DNA of 64,000 bases from Eledone cirrhosa (GCA_964016885.1 OZ024741.1:391716001-391780000); one strand, 5' to 3'. Shown: positions 36,102 to 49,127, counted from the stretch's first letter. The notes: a model not told the origin generated them from the sequence alone. Program-made: numbers and translations.

Positions 36102-37127
36102 TCACTCCTCATCCTTAACCCATCTGAAGAAGGATATTTTTAAGCGATGTGTACAACTTATCGCTGTTTCAGCTCTGCTGTTGATGAGCTCGTGGGGTGC
36201 AGTTATGATGTGGTAGAGCTCCATGAGGCAAAGATCGCATTTCCTCTTGAAGTTGTACGGTGCAGCCCTGCCGACAATCTCCCAGTGCGCGGAGAAGCTG
36301 ATGTTTAAATCCTTTAGTGATGTGATGTAGTCCGCGAGCGAAGTGGAGTGCCTTAGTTTTCTATTTGTGAAAGAGTGGAGATGTGTTCGAAACCTAATTT
36401 TGAACGGGCCGGAGGTAGCCCCTATATAATGTTTAACGCTATTGTGGATAGTAATAGTGCATCTATATATAACCCTATCAGTCAGGCAGTGTCCTCTAAG
36501 GGGGCAGCGTCCTCTGTCGCGGCAGTTGCAATTTCTGTCGCGGCTCCGTCTATTTCCCACGGTAAGGCTATCATTGTTGCTGCCTACGTTGTTACCTACG
36601 CTACCGCAGCTGTTGTTAGCACCATTACAACCCACAGCACGCGGGGAGGTGCGATTGTTATTCCGCACGTCATGTCCTGCATGTTCCCCAGTCATTTCGC
36701 GGTTATGCTGGTTGCGTCTGCGGATGCCGTTGCCAACACTATTGGATGCTGCCAGGGAGTTGTTAAGGCCGATATAGTTATTGTCAAGTGTAGGTGCGTC
36801 TGTATCGAGGTGCTGTGTCTTGGTGATCTTACTGTGGTTCGTTGTTCCTATGATGTCTGCTAGGTTAGGAGTAGTAGAGAAGGATATTTTTATATTGTTC
36901 CTATTAAGAATTTTTCTATACCTATGGTTGGGCGGGAAGTTCTTCTCTAAGGCTTCGAAGAACATCCGGGGTATGTTGGAGGCCACACTCCGAGAGTAAG
37001 GGGGGTGGAACCATAGGACGTTACGGTGGCGATTACGTGTTCTTGTACGTTTGCTACGGGTGGTTCCATCTAGGTGACCGCTCTTATGTGTGTTAATGCG
37101 CAGTCGCCCGTTCGGTGCCCCTTTCAC
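36102..37127 (-). CDS. PLE C-terminal region: linker, Cys motif and GIY-YIG endonuclease (no RT)
   Basis: RNVLWFHPPYS, CNCRDRGRCPLRGHCL, VIYRC..HYIGAT..FKIRF..H, CDLC..E, IN.R.E..CTH; the frame stays open up to ~37387. Confidence 0.8.
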   Translation of the reverse strand: MKGAPNGRLRINTHKSGHLDGTTRSKRTRTRNRHRNVLWFHPPYSRSVASNIPRMFFEALEKNFPPNHRYRKILNRNNIKISFSTTPNLADIIGTTNHSKITKTQHLDTDAPTLDNNYIGLNNSLAASNSVGNGIRRRNQHNREMTGEHAGHDVRNNNRTSPRAVGCNGANNSCGSVGNNVGSNNDSLTVGNRRSRDRNCNCRDRGRCPLRGHCLTDRVIYRCTITIHNSVKHYIGATSGPFKIRFRTHLHSFTNRKLRHSTSLADYITSLKDLNISFSAHWEIVGRAAPYNFKRKCDLCLMELYHIITAPHELINSRAETAISCTHRLKISFFRWVKDEE

Positions 37128-37421
37128 TTTATGCTCGGGTGCACTCTTCCTACTTCTTCCATGTTTATGTACAGGAAGATGTTGGTTGGAAGGCGTTGGT
37201 AGTAGGCCGTCGCCTTTGTTGGTTTTGTAATAGGGGAATAGTTCGAGTAATCTACAGTGGTCACCGTCGCCGGGGTCGTGATCTTTAATGCGGTTATCTA
37301 TTCTATTATATCCGACTTCAACGAGGTCGCCGCGTGATCGGTTATAGGTATGGCTTACTATAACGTTCGTTTTATGAGGGGGTGGTTTCTAGAGCTAGCG
37401 TTAGGGATGTAGGAAATTCCT

Positions 37422-37512
<91 letters not shown>

Positions 37513-37551
37513 TATATTAACAAATGGAAACTATATTTATAAAACCATATT

Positions 37552-37617
37552 TATTTTATTATACATATTTCAAGAGCCACCAAGGCAAATTATGGTGCGC
37601 TTTCATCAGATAAAATA
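37552..37617 (-). ncRNA. Type I hammerhead ribozyme, canonical core
   Basis: Same motif as 16734-16799. The partner at 41096-41138 has lost A9 and the 5' arm of stem II. Confidence 0.75.
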
Positions 37618-37838
37618 CAATACAGATTAGTTTTATAAATATATATTGACATACCCTGAAAAAAGACAACCTTAACGGTTGGAGCTTCCTGGATAGTGGA
37701 GATATTACATTTATTGAGGGTGATAGAAAGTTATGATTGAGTATGCAAATGAGTGTCTGAAAGGTTGAAAAGATAACGTTTTATTTAAATTAAACTGTTG
37801 GAAGAAGGTGATATTGTGAGGGAGAGAGAAAAGAATTA

Positions 37839-39843
37839 ATGGAATTTGAAAATGAGATTATCTCTATCATACAAAGCATTAAATTTAAGAAAAACAACTT
37901 CGTAGGCCAGGATTACCTAAAAAGTCTCAAAAATAATATAGAAAGCTTTGAAAAAACGGGAAAAATTCTAGTTAAATCAGATAAAACCAACAATCTTTAT
38001 GGAATGCAAAAGGATAATTACAATGATCTTATATTGAAGGAATTAAGGAAGAATTAAAAAAGAGCAACCAGTGATGACCTTGAAAAACTAAATACGGAAG
38101 CTTCTTAAATAATGCAGGAATTATGCATCGAAAATACGACTCAACCCTTCATACCTAGGAAACCAAAAATTAATATGAAGGACCATAAAATAAATTTTGA
38201 AATTGAATTACCAGTTAGATTGATTGCACCATCTAAATCGGACCTTGGCATACTTAGCAAGAATATTTTAGATAGAATCATACCACAAATTAAGGAATTA
38301 TCTTATTTAAAATTATGGAATGGGACTAACGAAGTTATCGACTGGTTTAAGGACATTAAATATAAGTATAACAATAAATTTATTCGATTGGATATTGCTA
38401 ATTATTACTCATCTATCACTCCTAATCTACTTAATAAAGCCCTAACATATGCATTTAAACATACAGACTTAACTAGTAATGAAATGCGCATTATCTTAAC
38501 TGCACGTAAAACACTAATTAAATTTAACAACCACCTCTGACCTAGAGCAGACAGAGATAATAATTTTGATATTACTATGGGATCATCCGACTCGGCACAA
38601 ATAACGGATCTTGTGGGGCTTTTTATTAACAATACTTTACATAGGAAAATACCAGAGATGACCGGTGGTTTATATCGTTTATATACTATTACTTATAGAA
38701 AATAATAATAATTGTGAAATAAATAGGAAAAGAAAAGAAATTATACAATTTTTTAATTGCCTTAATCTTAAAGTAGAAGTAGAGAATAATTATAAAATAG
38801 TTAATTTTTTAGATGTAACTTTAAACCTTAACACTGGTCTTTATTATCCATTTCATAAAATAAATGAGAATCTAAACTATGTTAACTTTAATTCCAATCA
38901 CCCCAGATCCGTTAAAAACACTATTGTAAATTATGTGCAGCAACGTATTTCTAGAATTTCAGCTAATAAAAATATATTTGAAAATAAGGCACAATATTAT
39001 AACGAAGCGTTAGGTAGAGCAGGCTATAGTAATCAAATTAAATACATTGATAATAAGGATGTGCCAACTAACCATAACTATAAATATTATAATAGAAAAC
39101 CTTACACTAACTCGAAAACCAAAAGAAGAAATAGAACTAGAAATATATTATGGTTCGCTCCCTCTTTCTCATTAAGTATTAAAACTCCTATTGCAAAATT
39201 ATTCTTTAAAGCTCTAGATAAATGCTTTCCTAGAACACACAGGTATTACTCAATATTTAATAGACATACTATTAAACTATCATATTCCACCACTATGAAT
39301 TTAGCGCAGACTATTAATAGAATTAATAATAGAAACTTAAAACCTAACCAGAATACCATTAATACCCCTAGCAATATCCAATATAATGTTACGGCTCCCA
39401 GTAATTTAAATTTAGATAAATGTAATTGTAGAAATAAATCTAACTGTCCTCTAAATAATAATTGTTTAGTTAAAAATATAGTATACAATTGTAATGTAAA
39501 AACAAATGTAAACTCCTTTAATTATGTAGGCTCTACCTCCGCAGACTTTAAGTCCCGTTTTAATAACCACAAATGTTCTTTTACGAATATTGGTAAAAAA
39601 TCTTCAACTTCTCTATCTAACTTACTATGGGACCTGAAATCAAAGAACATTAACTATTCTTTACTTTGGAATATTATCTCCAAAGCTCCTTCATACACTG
39701 CTTTATCCAAAAATTGTTCTCTTTGTGTCGAGGAAATATTCTTTATACTAAAAAGTAAGAACTCTATTAATTTGAGGAATAATTTATTCAGTTCTTGCAA
39801 ACATCGTTTAAATTCAACTTTTAAATATATATATAAAATGTAA
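37839..39843 (+). pseudogene. Naiad-type RT / GIY-YIG polyprotein, inactivated
   Basis: VKSDKTNNLY, MKDHK.NF..PVRLI, LDIANYYSSI, FDITMGSSDSAQITDLVG, NFLDVTL, SNHP, CNCRNKSNCPL, IVY..YVGST. Stops at 38055, 38106 and 38538; the catalytic YRDD is destroyed by a frameshift at ~38678. Confidence 0.92.
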
Positions 39844-41269
39844 TATCCGACTTATCTCTTTTACATAATGTCTTCTATATCCATATATGATTCATATACT
39901 TAATTTATTTTCTATTATCTCTACTTCACATATATATTATTACACCTATCGATAGATTATTAAATTCCTTTATACTGCTTGAAACTCCTTTAAGGAAAAA
40001 AGATTTTTCTTGAAAAACTTACTGAAGGGTTTAAGAAAATCTTTTGAAAATTCCTTTGAAGGATATAGAAAAACTATATTTTTATATTTTTATACTTTTA
40101 TATTTTTATATTCTTATATTTTCAAAGTTTTTAAGATATATATCCAAATGTTTATATATATGTGGAAAAACATATGGTTTTTTGTATATATGTGGAGTAA
40201 CCTATGGTTTATGCTTTAAATATATTCTTATAAAAAAATTTTTTAATGTTCTAACTTTATAGCAAGCAAATTTATGACTTCGTATAAAATAACATAAGGT
40301 TCATGTTCTAATTACATTCTTAAGATAGAAAATTTAACTTCTTAACTTTATAGCATTTAATCCTTAGAGTCATCTGAGTTCTTAAAAAATCACTTATAAC
40401 TTCCTTTACTCTCCTTTACTGTTTTTATAATATAACTAAGTGGTTATTCTTTTGTAAACTCTCGAAAATTTTCCATAAATTTAGAATTATTTAGATATTT
40501 TAATTTTTGACTTACAACTTTTAATTAATAAAATAAACTATAATATATATTTTTTAATAATTTATAATCCTTAACATACACATTTAAACTAATTATTAAA
40601 TTAAATTAAACCTTTACTCAAATTTTTTTCAACCTATCATTATAAACATTATAATCAAAACATAACGAATCCTGCATTATAAATATTATTCCTCCACGCT
40701 ATCCTCATTTCTTCATTTCTTCTTCTTTCCTCTCACGTAAACATACTTACGCTGTATTTGTCCTTTGTAACTAATATTTTCTCTCACTTAAAAATATAAT
40801 TACGCTCTCCTCTCTTCACACTATTTTCACTGTAAAAAATATATACTCATTCCTTCTTTTTTTTCTTTTTTTTCTTTTTTTTTTCTCTCTCCCTCACAAT
40901 ATCCCCTTCTTCCAACAGTTTAATTTAAATAAACCGTTATCTTTTCAACCTTTCGGACACTCATTTGCATACTCAATCATAACTTTCTATCACCCTCAAT
41001 AAATGTAATATCTCCACTATCCAGGAACCGCCAACCGTTAAGGTTGTCTTTTTTCAGAGTATGTCAATATTTATTTATAAAACTAATCTGTATTGTATTT
41101 TATCTGATGGTGGCCCTTGAAATATGTATAATAAAATAAACATGATTTTATAAATATAGTTTCTATTTGTTAATATACTGTATATTTACTCCACCAAACT
41201 GTTGAGTGCTTTATATCAGTTATAAAAATTTTTAAGCTTGTTAAATCCCAACAAATTAAATATAACCTC

Positions 41270-41330
<61 letters not shown>

Positions 41331-41894
41331 GGGGGAATTGTAAACGTGTGTGTTTATCTAGTGGCATATATGTATTCGTAGGAAAATGGAAAAAACTCGG
41401 CGTAAGGAAGCTGTTAAAATATCAAAATGCCGTCGAAACGGCTTTGGGTAAAACATTACCTCGAAGGATAGAAATTAGCGGCTCGAAGAATTGATAGGAA
41501 GGAAGAAATAGAATGGATGATAGAAGATCACAAAGATTTAAATACACTCATCAGCTTTCAGACCAACTGCAGTTTCAACGTTTTGATTGAATGGACTGCG
41601 AAGGATAGGTGGCTCGTAACAATGGAGAAATAAATATTTCCGTTGGTATAATATTTGTGTTGGGACAGGTCAGAGAGAGAGAAAACAATGAAGTGCATCC
41701 ACTCGACCTCAAGTCGTTGCAAGGAAGAACAATGGTACTGTAAGCGGGAGCGCCCTCTAGAAGGGAAAGAGAGAGAAAGAAAAGAAGCAGTGACGGAGAA
41801 GGGAAAGAAAGAAAGAACGAAAGAACGGCGAACAGGAAGAGGGAAGAAAAGACAACTCACCTTAAGGTTGGTATCAATCGACAATATAAGGCTA

Positions 41895-43905
41895 TGATAA
41901 GGTATAAGCAAATTGCTGGCGAAAAGCCTCACGCATCCGCCTTGAATCGTTCAGCTCGCGTTCGTCTCGATCCGTCAAAGACCGAATTGTGGTTTTCTTA
42001 CCACGCTGCGCCTCTGCCACGCGCGCCCATCGCACAGCTTTGGTCCCCTCATTTCTTAGAGTAGGCGCCTTAGCTCTGACAATACAACCATCGTGTTTCG
42101 CATTGAAGAAATGGTTTAATGCCATTCTCGCTGCTAGTACGTCGGTTGCAATGCCACTACAAATAGGCTTATCTAATTTAGCTACCAGCTCCTCCGCCTT
42201 TCTATTCTTCTCTAACGCTACTTCTTTGCTAAAACCTATCGAATTTACTCTAATCTCTCTTTTGAGAGCCCCCACCACCTTGTGTCGACGACTCATCCTC
42301 TGTCAACTTTTTCTTAACTAAATTGTTGACCCGGTCCCTGTAGGCCTTACGTGCCGGAAACGACATGTTCAGCTTCCAGTAACCCGTCACATATCTAGAA
42401 CGACCATTCAGATCACAAGTTTGTGATCTGAATAGGCAACCGTTTGGAAATGTAGACAACCTACACAATTCCTATCTTTTATATATTGGTAAGTACATAA
42501 CCCACCCCCCTCCCCGAAAAGTAAGGGAGGGCAAGGGCTCTAGTTGTCGATAGTGTAAAAATACACACACGTGTACACCAGATCCGAACACAGAGGAACC
42601 GTACTTCCACTGTCAAGGTTTCCGTCTCTCCCAACGACCCACCCCAGCTCTCCCTGTTATGAGCAAATGGGATCTCACGCGCTGGCGCCCCACAGCCCCG
42701 GCGGATAGGATAGGGAAAGCGTTTCCCCGGAGGATAGTGAGGAAATGCGCTGGAAGAGCCATTCCAGCTTGCGAAGCTTACACCTGTGGCTAGCCAGCTC
42801 AGCATCTATGGTGGTGAGTATGGAGGTGGCCCTAACGCCAAAGACACCACAAGTCGCCACTGCTACGAACTCGACTGCAAACCTGTTGGAGAGCGACTGA
42901 TATTTGGAGAGTTTACCCTCCTCAGCCCGAAGTGCAGACAAGGGGTTTACCACCGCAGAACAGGAAGATGGTCATGCCGTCTGGCCTTTTGCCGTCCCTC
43001 GGTCCAGCCCCACCAACTCGAACTGCGAGGGGAAGCCTGCAGCATCCAAGCCAAGCTTTATAATCTCGTTGAGAGCGGCATGGCGTGGAAGGTGGCCGGC
43101 GATGTAGCGACAGGAAAGCGGGTGGAGGCCGAAAGAGTCTACGGTGGATCCGCAGCGACATTTGTGTGACACGTATACGCGGAGGCCGAGCCCCAGAGAA
43201 ACCCCGATACACAGGCTATCATTGTCCAGCTGCGTGCCAGTAGAAAAGGAGGGTAAGGCATGGAGCCAGGCACCGCTGTGGGGTTGCGAGGCCGATCGAA
43301 AACATCCGAGATGGTGCTGATTGACCTGGTGCGCTAGTCTGTCCGAGGCCAGGTTGCACTGAATGGCATCCAGGGGGGGATATTACGTCAACAGGGGGAA
43401 AGGAGAAGGGACGTCTACTTGGCTGTGTACGAGCCGGTTCTAAGTCTCGCAGGTGGCCTCACATTCCTCGATCAGAGTGGGTTCCATTGTGTTTTGAAGA
43501 ACCTTGTTGATGAGGACGCGGCATGAGGTTCCCTACGAAAGATACGCCTCAAAACCAGCAAGACCGGTGACCGGAGGCCAAGGCCACCATTTCTAACAGT
43601 TAAGGTGGCTTGTTGTCATCCAAGGTCGTCAAACTTGACGTTGCATATATATATTGTCCTAATGAAAATCCTATCTATATACGATCTAGATGACCCTATG
43701 CAGTTGGTCAATGTCCACACTGGCGCATTAAGGAAATCTAGACGGTATTTGTTAGACAGTTGGAACTGGCTGATCAGGTACTTCAGGCTGTTGTTCCTTT
43801 CACCTACTCTAATACAATTCCAGCGTGCGTCTAACATGCTGTTCTAGTCCTCCACTAACAGTAAAGGCCGAGAGATTTCCCAGAAAGGCTTCCAGGCGCC
43901 TAATA
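41895..43905 (-). mobile_element. Tx1-like ORF2 remnant (41895-42479 and 43657-43905) split by a CRE insertion
   Basis: SSRSYIDRIF | YSDHKLV, GYWKLN, FFNAKHDGCIVRA; homologous to 63330-64000. Confidence 0.88.
42489..43647 (-). mobile_element. CRE/SLACS-like RLE non-LTR retrotransposon 3' fragment
   Basis: HSGAWLHALP, CRCG..DSFGLHPLSC, RHAALNE, DGKRPDG, KLSKY, WLFQRIS. Confidence 0.82.
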
Positions 43906-44034
43906 AGGATTTCTATTTTAGCCACAAAGAGTTAGATCATGAAAAAAAATGATGGCACAGGACGACAACATAGTGTGTGTGTGTGGGAGGGGGGGGGGGG
44001 GGGTGCGAGTTTTGCGGGGTTATTATGATTATTA

Positions 44035-44914
44035 GATGAGAATCGGACTCCGCCAAGGGTGCGTACTGTCACTTCTGGTGATTATTTACATGAACAGGAT
44101 TGATATACGCAGTCGGGTTGGAATTTGTATCATGACTGGCGGGTGTAAAATCAGTCAGCTGAAATTTGCAGATGGCATGGTGCTACATGGTGATCTCCGA
44201 TTTACACTCGATAGGTTTGATGCAGAGTGCTGCATGGCTGGAATGAAAATTAGTGCTGCGAAAACTGAGACACTCGTCCACTAAAGGAAGCCTGCGCAGT
44301 GCTCTCTACAGTGCACTGAAGCAGGTGGAGAAGTTCAAGTAACTCAGGGCCGTGTTCACGAATGATGGAAATCAGGAAGCTGAATTAAGTGCAAGAATTG
44401 CAGGAGCTGGTGCAGTAATGTGCCAGCTCCAGCATTCAGTAATCCGAAGAAAAGGAGTAGGTGTAAAAGCCCAACTTGCTATCTTCAATTCGGTATTCAT
44501 GCCAACCCTTGCGTATGGTCATGAATTTTGGGTAATGACCGAAAGAATACAAGCGACCGAAATGGGGTACTTCCGAAGGGTGTTTGGAGTAACGTTACTC
44601 GATAGAGTGTGTAGCTCGGTGATCAGAGAATCACTCTAGATAGAGCGGCTACTTCTCCGAATTGAGAGGTCACACCTCCGATTCTATGAGCATGCGATTA
44701 GAATCGCTGGGCTGAATTTAAGGGCTAAACCAACTGGCAGGAGACCCTGGGGTAGACCCCGAACAAGATGATTGGATAACATTCATGAACTTGGCTGATC
44801 TCGCTTGGCGATCCAGCCGGATTAGTTGCAGGACCCGTTGGAAGGAGTGTTTGAGGACTCTGCCCCCAATGAACCTCTCAAGAAGAAGAAGAAGAAGAAG
44901 AAGAAGAAGAAGAA
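44035..44914 (+). mobile_element. RTE-clade LINE 3' part with an (AAG)n tail
   Basis: GLRQGCVLS, FAD, GMKIS..KTE, PTLAYGHEFWVMT, TGRRP.GRP. Confidence 0.9.
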
Positions 44915-45458
44915 ACGACGTCGTCTTCTCCCTTTTCTGTCGCACACACACACACACTCTCTTTCTAGACAAATGACTGTGTTTTTCTTTCTCTATCTAT
45001 GCACATGTGTCTCGCTTGGCGCTCCCTTTCTCTCTATTTAGATGAGGGTGACGTTGTAACTTTCTGTCTATCTTCCCCTTTCAGTCACCTCGAAAACACA
45101 CGGCTTTCCCTTTTCCCTCTCTATATATGTACATATCTCTCACTTGTCGCTTCCCCTCTCTATATAAAGTTACTGTTTGGTTTTTTAATTGAATACACGT
45201 GTATTCACTTCGTTGCGAGATAGGTCCTAAATTTTTGATACCCAAGCCTTTTTCCTGTTGTTTCTATAGCATTTCTGAGAGTCTGAGGGGGTGGCGACGC
45301 TGCTGAGAATCATATTGATAATTTTAAGCCCATAATGTTAGCTGTTTCATTGATCAAATAGCTGATCACCCATCGCCGTAACCGATGGAGGTCTGGCACA
45401 CACACACACGCACACGCACACGCACACACACACACACACACACACGCACGCACGCGCG

Positions 45459-45524
<66 letters not shown>

Positions 45525-46239
45525 AATAATTTACAGGAATATTTCTTTGGAATAATTTCTGGCTAGCATAGCAGTGTAGTAATGCTATCTAGCAGTTGAT
45601 CACGAATGTATAAAAGGGAGTCTTTTAGTTAGTTATTCAACAGTAAAATAGCTTGAGGCTGTACCATTATGCGATAGTGACAGGAATTCCAAACAGTAAT
45701 TTTATTACTAGCAATGACGTGTTTAACTGGTGTGCCCATTTTCTATTTCTTCATTAGATTGTTCGTTTTTCACTAATAATATACAATTATTAAAACAAAT
45801 AATTATTGCACAACCTTCAATTACTTGCGATTTTTAAATATTTTGTATTTAGACTTTCACATATTCAATCATATAGCATTAAAAATGTATTCAAGGAGCA
45901 TATAACAAAAGTGTCTCCAGCAAGTGATCATCACGCAAAATACTATATAGACTATAGTCTATTCCATGCCAGTATTTTCTGAGTGAAGGTCACTGATGGA
46001 AGATTAACGCATCTTGAAACAATGTTATCAGATACTCTCAGAATATACTGGCAAATCATAGAGGAAAATAGAGAAAAATATAATTTTTTGTTTCGTTTTG
46101 TTTCATTACGAAAGTATATTCTAATTCGGCAGCGAGGCTCCCCATATATTTATTGTATATAAATGATTTACATTTCTTTGTAAGTAGTCGTTAAGTCTAA
46201 TGTCTTGTCTTTTATCTCTTTGTTACTGTCCTTTGTACA

Positions 46240-46424
46240 GGATTGGCAGAATCGGTAGAGGGTCGGACGCCATGCTTTCCAGCATAGTTACGTCCCTTTA
46301 CGATCTGAGTTCAAATCCCGCCGAGGTTGACTTTGCCTTTCATCCTTACGGGGTCGATAAAATAAAGTACCAGTAATGCACTGGGTAATTGCTGGCCTTG
46401 TGCCTAAAGTAGAAACAATTATTT
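46240..46424 (+). mobile_element. tRNA-derived SINE
   Basis: Same family as 15294-15484. Confidence 0.9.
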
Positions 46425-46832
46425 GTAAATAACCGTTAAGATTATTGTCTTGTCCTTTGTCAAATTGTTCCTGTCCTTTCTGCACTAGAGCTCGTTTATC
46501 AGTTTGTCTTCAATGCACTTAAAAACCAGTGAACCAATCATGTTCAAAATTGGCATGTCAGTTCCACTGGAATTAAAACATGTAAGATTTCACAGCTGAA
46601 GCATCACTTCTTCATAGTTAGCCTATGAACTTTTCAGCCTATATCATGTATATATATATATCATCATAATCATCATTATCGTTTAACCTCCATTTTCCCA
46701 CGCTAGCATGGGTAGAGGAATTGTCAAATTGTGAAACAAGCCAGATCCGATTACCATGATTTGTTTATACAGAACTGATTTGAGGTTGGTTTCTACAGCT
46801 TGATGCCCTTCCTAAAGCTAACCACATTTACA

Positions 46833-46901
<69 letters not shown>

Positions 46902-46905
<4 letters not shown>

Positions 46906-47800
46906 GTTACAACAGTGACATACAGGTACTTAAGTTTCGTTGGGTTATACACCCCAACTCATGCAGCCTGTTATATAGAAAGAAAATGACTACCTCCACC
47001 GGTTGATTGGAGATGTTTAGAAAATACGCGAGAGCTCTTCAAGGGCAGGTAATTTCGAATTTAACTATAAATAAACAAAACTTTTACATAGTGTAAATGG
47101 AGATAACTATAAAAAAAAACTACAAATGTAGGGAACTTGTGCTAAGTTATTAATTCAAAGAAATTAAATTCCTTGAAATTTAAATTAGTTAGTTTGATCT
47201 ATACCATTTTCTTCGAATGAAATTCGCTTCGTGTGGACAGCGACTAAAGCAGTCAAAGTAGGTATTTAAGCAGTGTTTCTCTGAATCCAGTTGTGAGAGA
47301 ATATTTCACTTTTCGAGTTACATAGCCGACAAAATTTCGTCCTATTAACATAGGGGTATAATTTTCTATTATACACCATTTAATGGGGAAAGGTGTGCCG
47401 TTATTTTTTAGGTTCCACTCATGGTTTGTAAGCTGGGTGGCATGTTTTTTGACAGGATGTCTGAAAGTTGTTTCATGTTCGGGTACCGGCTTTTGAACCG
47501 GCTCTCAGACGTTCCGACATAAGTCTAGGCTTGTTCTGATTGGTGAAGGTCACGTCTGCTTGATATATCACGGCTGAGGGGTTGCACTGTTGATATAGTG
47601 GGCATGTCTCTCTCCTTCTGCATGGGCATCCATAAGGTGGGAGGCTTTTGCGTTTGCCGTTGATGTGGGTTTTAATGTTATTGGTATACGAGTAGCCTAT
47701 TTTCACTGTCTGGTACCGAATATCTGTTGGTACTTATGGCATACAGGGAAGTGAAGATCTAGGAGGGCTAGGAATTTTCTACCTACATTGGTATTCACAT
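46902..47800 (-). mobile_element. Decayed Naiad-type PLE fragment
   Basis: NVGRKFLALL, KIGYSYTNNIK, CPCRRRETCPL..VIYQA, YVGTSE.RFK.RY; ends at (TA)n. Confidence 0.82.
46922..46971 (-). ncRNA. Hammerhead ribozyme with perfect stems and an 8-nt core (CTGCATGA)
   Basis: ACAGG-CTGCATGA-GTTGGG/CCCAAC-GAAA-CTTAAG-TA-CCTGT. Confidence 0.75.
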
Positions 47801-48121
47801 CTACTGGCTTACACTTAAGAGAACCTCGCTTTTCTCATGGTCAACTTTAAGTTTGTTGCTCCAAAGTGGCTAGTTTACAAGACTTATTTGTCTATGCTCC
47901 AAACCAGAAAACAAAGAATGTTGTTTATCCAGAAACTCTTATGTAATTTCCTTCAACATATGTCATAGAATTTATCTTTCCTCAAAAGTGAAACATTTTG
48001 AATCTTCATTTTTTATTATTTTTTGTATTATGAATTCAGAATTGATTTCATCATGTACCTCAATTGAATAATAAATGGAATTTAGAATAAAAAATTTCTT
48101 CTACAACACATTTTGCTTTCT

Positions 48122-48175
48122 TCTAATATATAAGGAAAACTTTCGTTCCCGGGCAACGCCGGGTGCCTCTGCTAG
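48122..48175 (+). mobile_element. Helitron 3' terminus, possibly a 54-bp mini-element
   Basis: TCTAATATATAA..CCCGGGCAACGCCGGG..GCTAG|T. Confidence 0.55.
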
Positions 48176-48289
48176 TACAATATATTGAAAACAAAATACG
48201 TTTTCCAGGAAAAAAAACATTTGAGTAAAATTTTATTTTTGGTTGTCTATTTGTTTTATTCTTTGCTTCTTTTACTGGATTCATTTAGA

Positions 48290-48536
48290 AGACTGTGACC
48301 ATGCTAATGCGCTGCCTTAAAGCGATGTAATCGTTTATATCGGTCTCAGTATTTATTTTTTCTAGGCTTGTGTGTGTTTTACCGATCCATTTTGTCGGAC
48401 GGCCAGTTACAGGACATAAACACAGACACGAACACAAATTTCTCTGAACGCATTGATCAGCCCGATGCACTTACCAAAGGTGCCGCGTGGTGGAACTGAT
48501 CTCGGAACCACGGGATAGCGAAAAGAACTCCTTAAC
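48290..48536 (-). mobile_element. Degenerate tRNA/CORE-like SINE
   Basis: Minus strand GTTAAGGAG..GATCAGTTCCACC..GGCACCTTTGGTAAGTG. Confidence 0.45.
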
Positions 48537-48737
48537 GTTTTTTTACCCTTGTGCCATCAATAGAGTCACCACACTGGGAGCGGTTACAATCACCCAACAA
48601 TTATTTTATTTTAAAATAAAATTTGCCACTTCTTAGCTTTGGTTTTCCACATAATTTTCCTATATTTACAATTATGCATTCTTTGACTCCATCCGGAGTT
48701 CGCAAATTTTCGCTTTGCTAGTAATGGTAGCCAGATG

Positions 48738-49010
48738 TGAAGGCACGTGGCTTAGTGGTCAAGGTGTTTGGTTCTCGATTGTAAAGTCATGATATTGATT
48801 CCCGGCAGTTCCCTTAAGCAACACACTTTATTTCACTTTGCTCCAGTTAACTCAGGTGGCAAAAATGAGTTGGTTCTGTCACATGCTGTTTCACGGGGAA
48901 AGTTGTGGGAAATATCTTCTGGGAACATGTGTTGGGCTAATGCTCCGTCACTTACACGTTACATTCACGAGAATGCAATCCCGTTGATTGCATCAACTGA
49001 AATACTTGTT
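48738..49010 (+). mobile_element. Degenerate tRNA-derived SINE of a second family
   Basis: A box TGGCTTAGTGG, B-box-like TTGATTCCC, body CCCTTAAGCAACACACTTTA..TTGCTCCAG. Confidence 0.6.
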
Positions 49011-49049
49011 GTCGGAACAGACGGAGGCCCAACACACACACACACAGAG

Positions 49050-49127
<78 letters not shown>

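Larger units (their letters stand above)
35520..37424 (-). mobile_element. 5'-truncated Naiad-type PLE
   Basis: Linker + GIY-YIG ORF, 3' UTR with a hammerhead, lying between (TA)n tracts. Confidence 0.88.
37510..41272 (+). mobile_element. Naiad-type PLE with inverted 5' pLTR (37510-37830) and 3' pLTR (40885-41272)
   Basis: RT + GIY-YIG coding region, inverted terminal copies, and (TA)n on both sides. Confidence 0.92.

Noticed and set aside
38538-38540. In-frame TGA in a Naiad-type ORF as possible selenocysteine (reported for some Naiads)
   Set aside because: It falls at a position expected to be Trp. The ORF also has TAA stops and a destroyed YRDD, and I recognised no SECIS.
41546-41580. 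Minus-strand GAAA-CTGCAG-TT followed by CTGATGA (type II hammerhead?)
   Set aside because: Stems I and II cannot be formed.
45989-46031. CTGATGG-AAGAT/ATCTT-GAAA-CAATG-TT hammerhead-like motif
   Set aside because: A9 is missing and stem I does not pair; at most a decayed relic.
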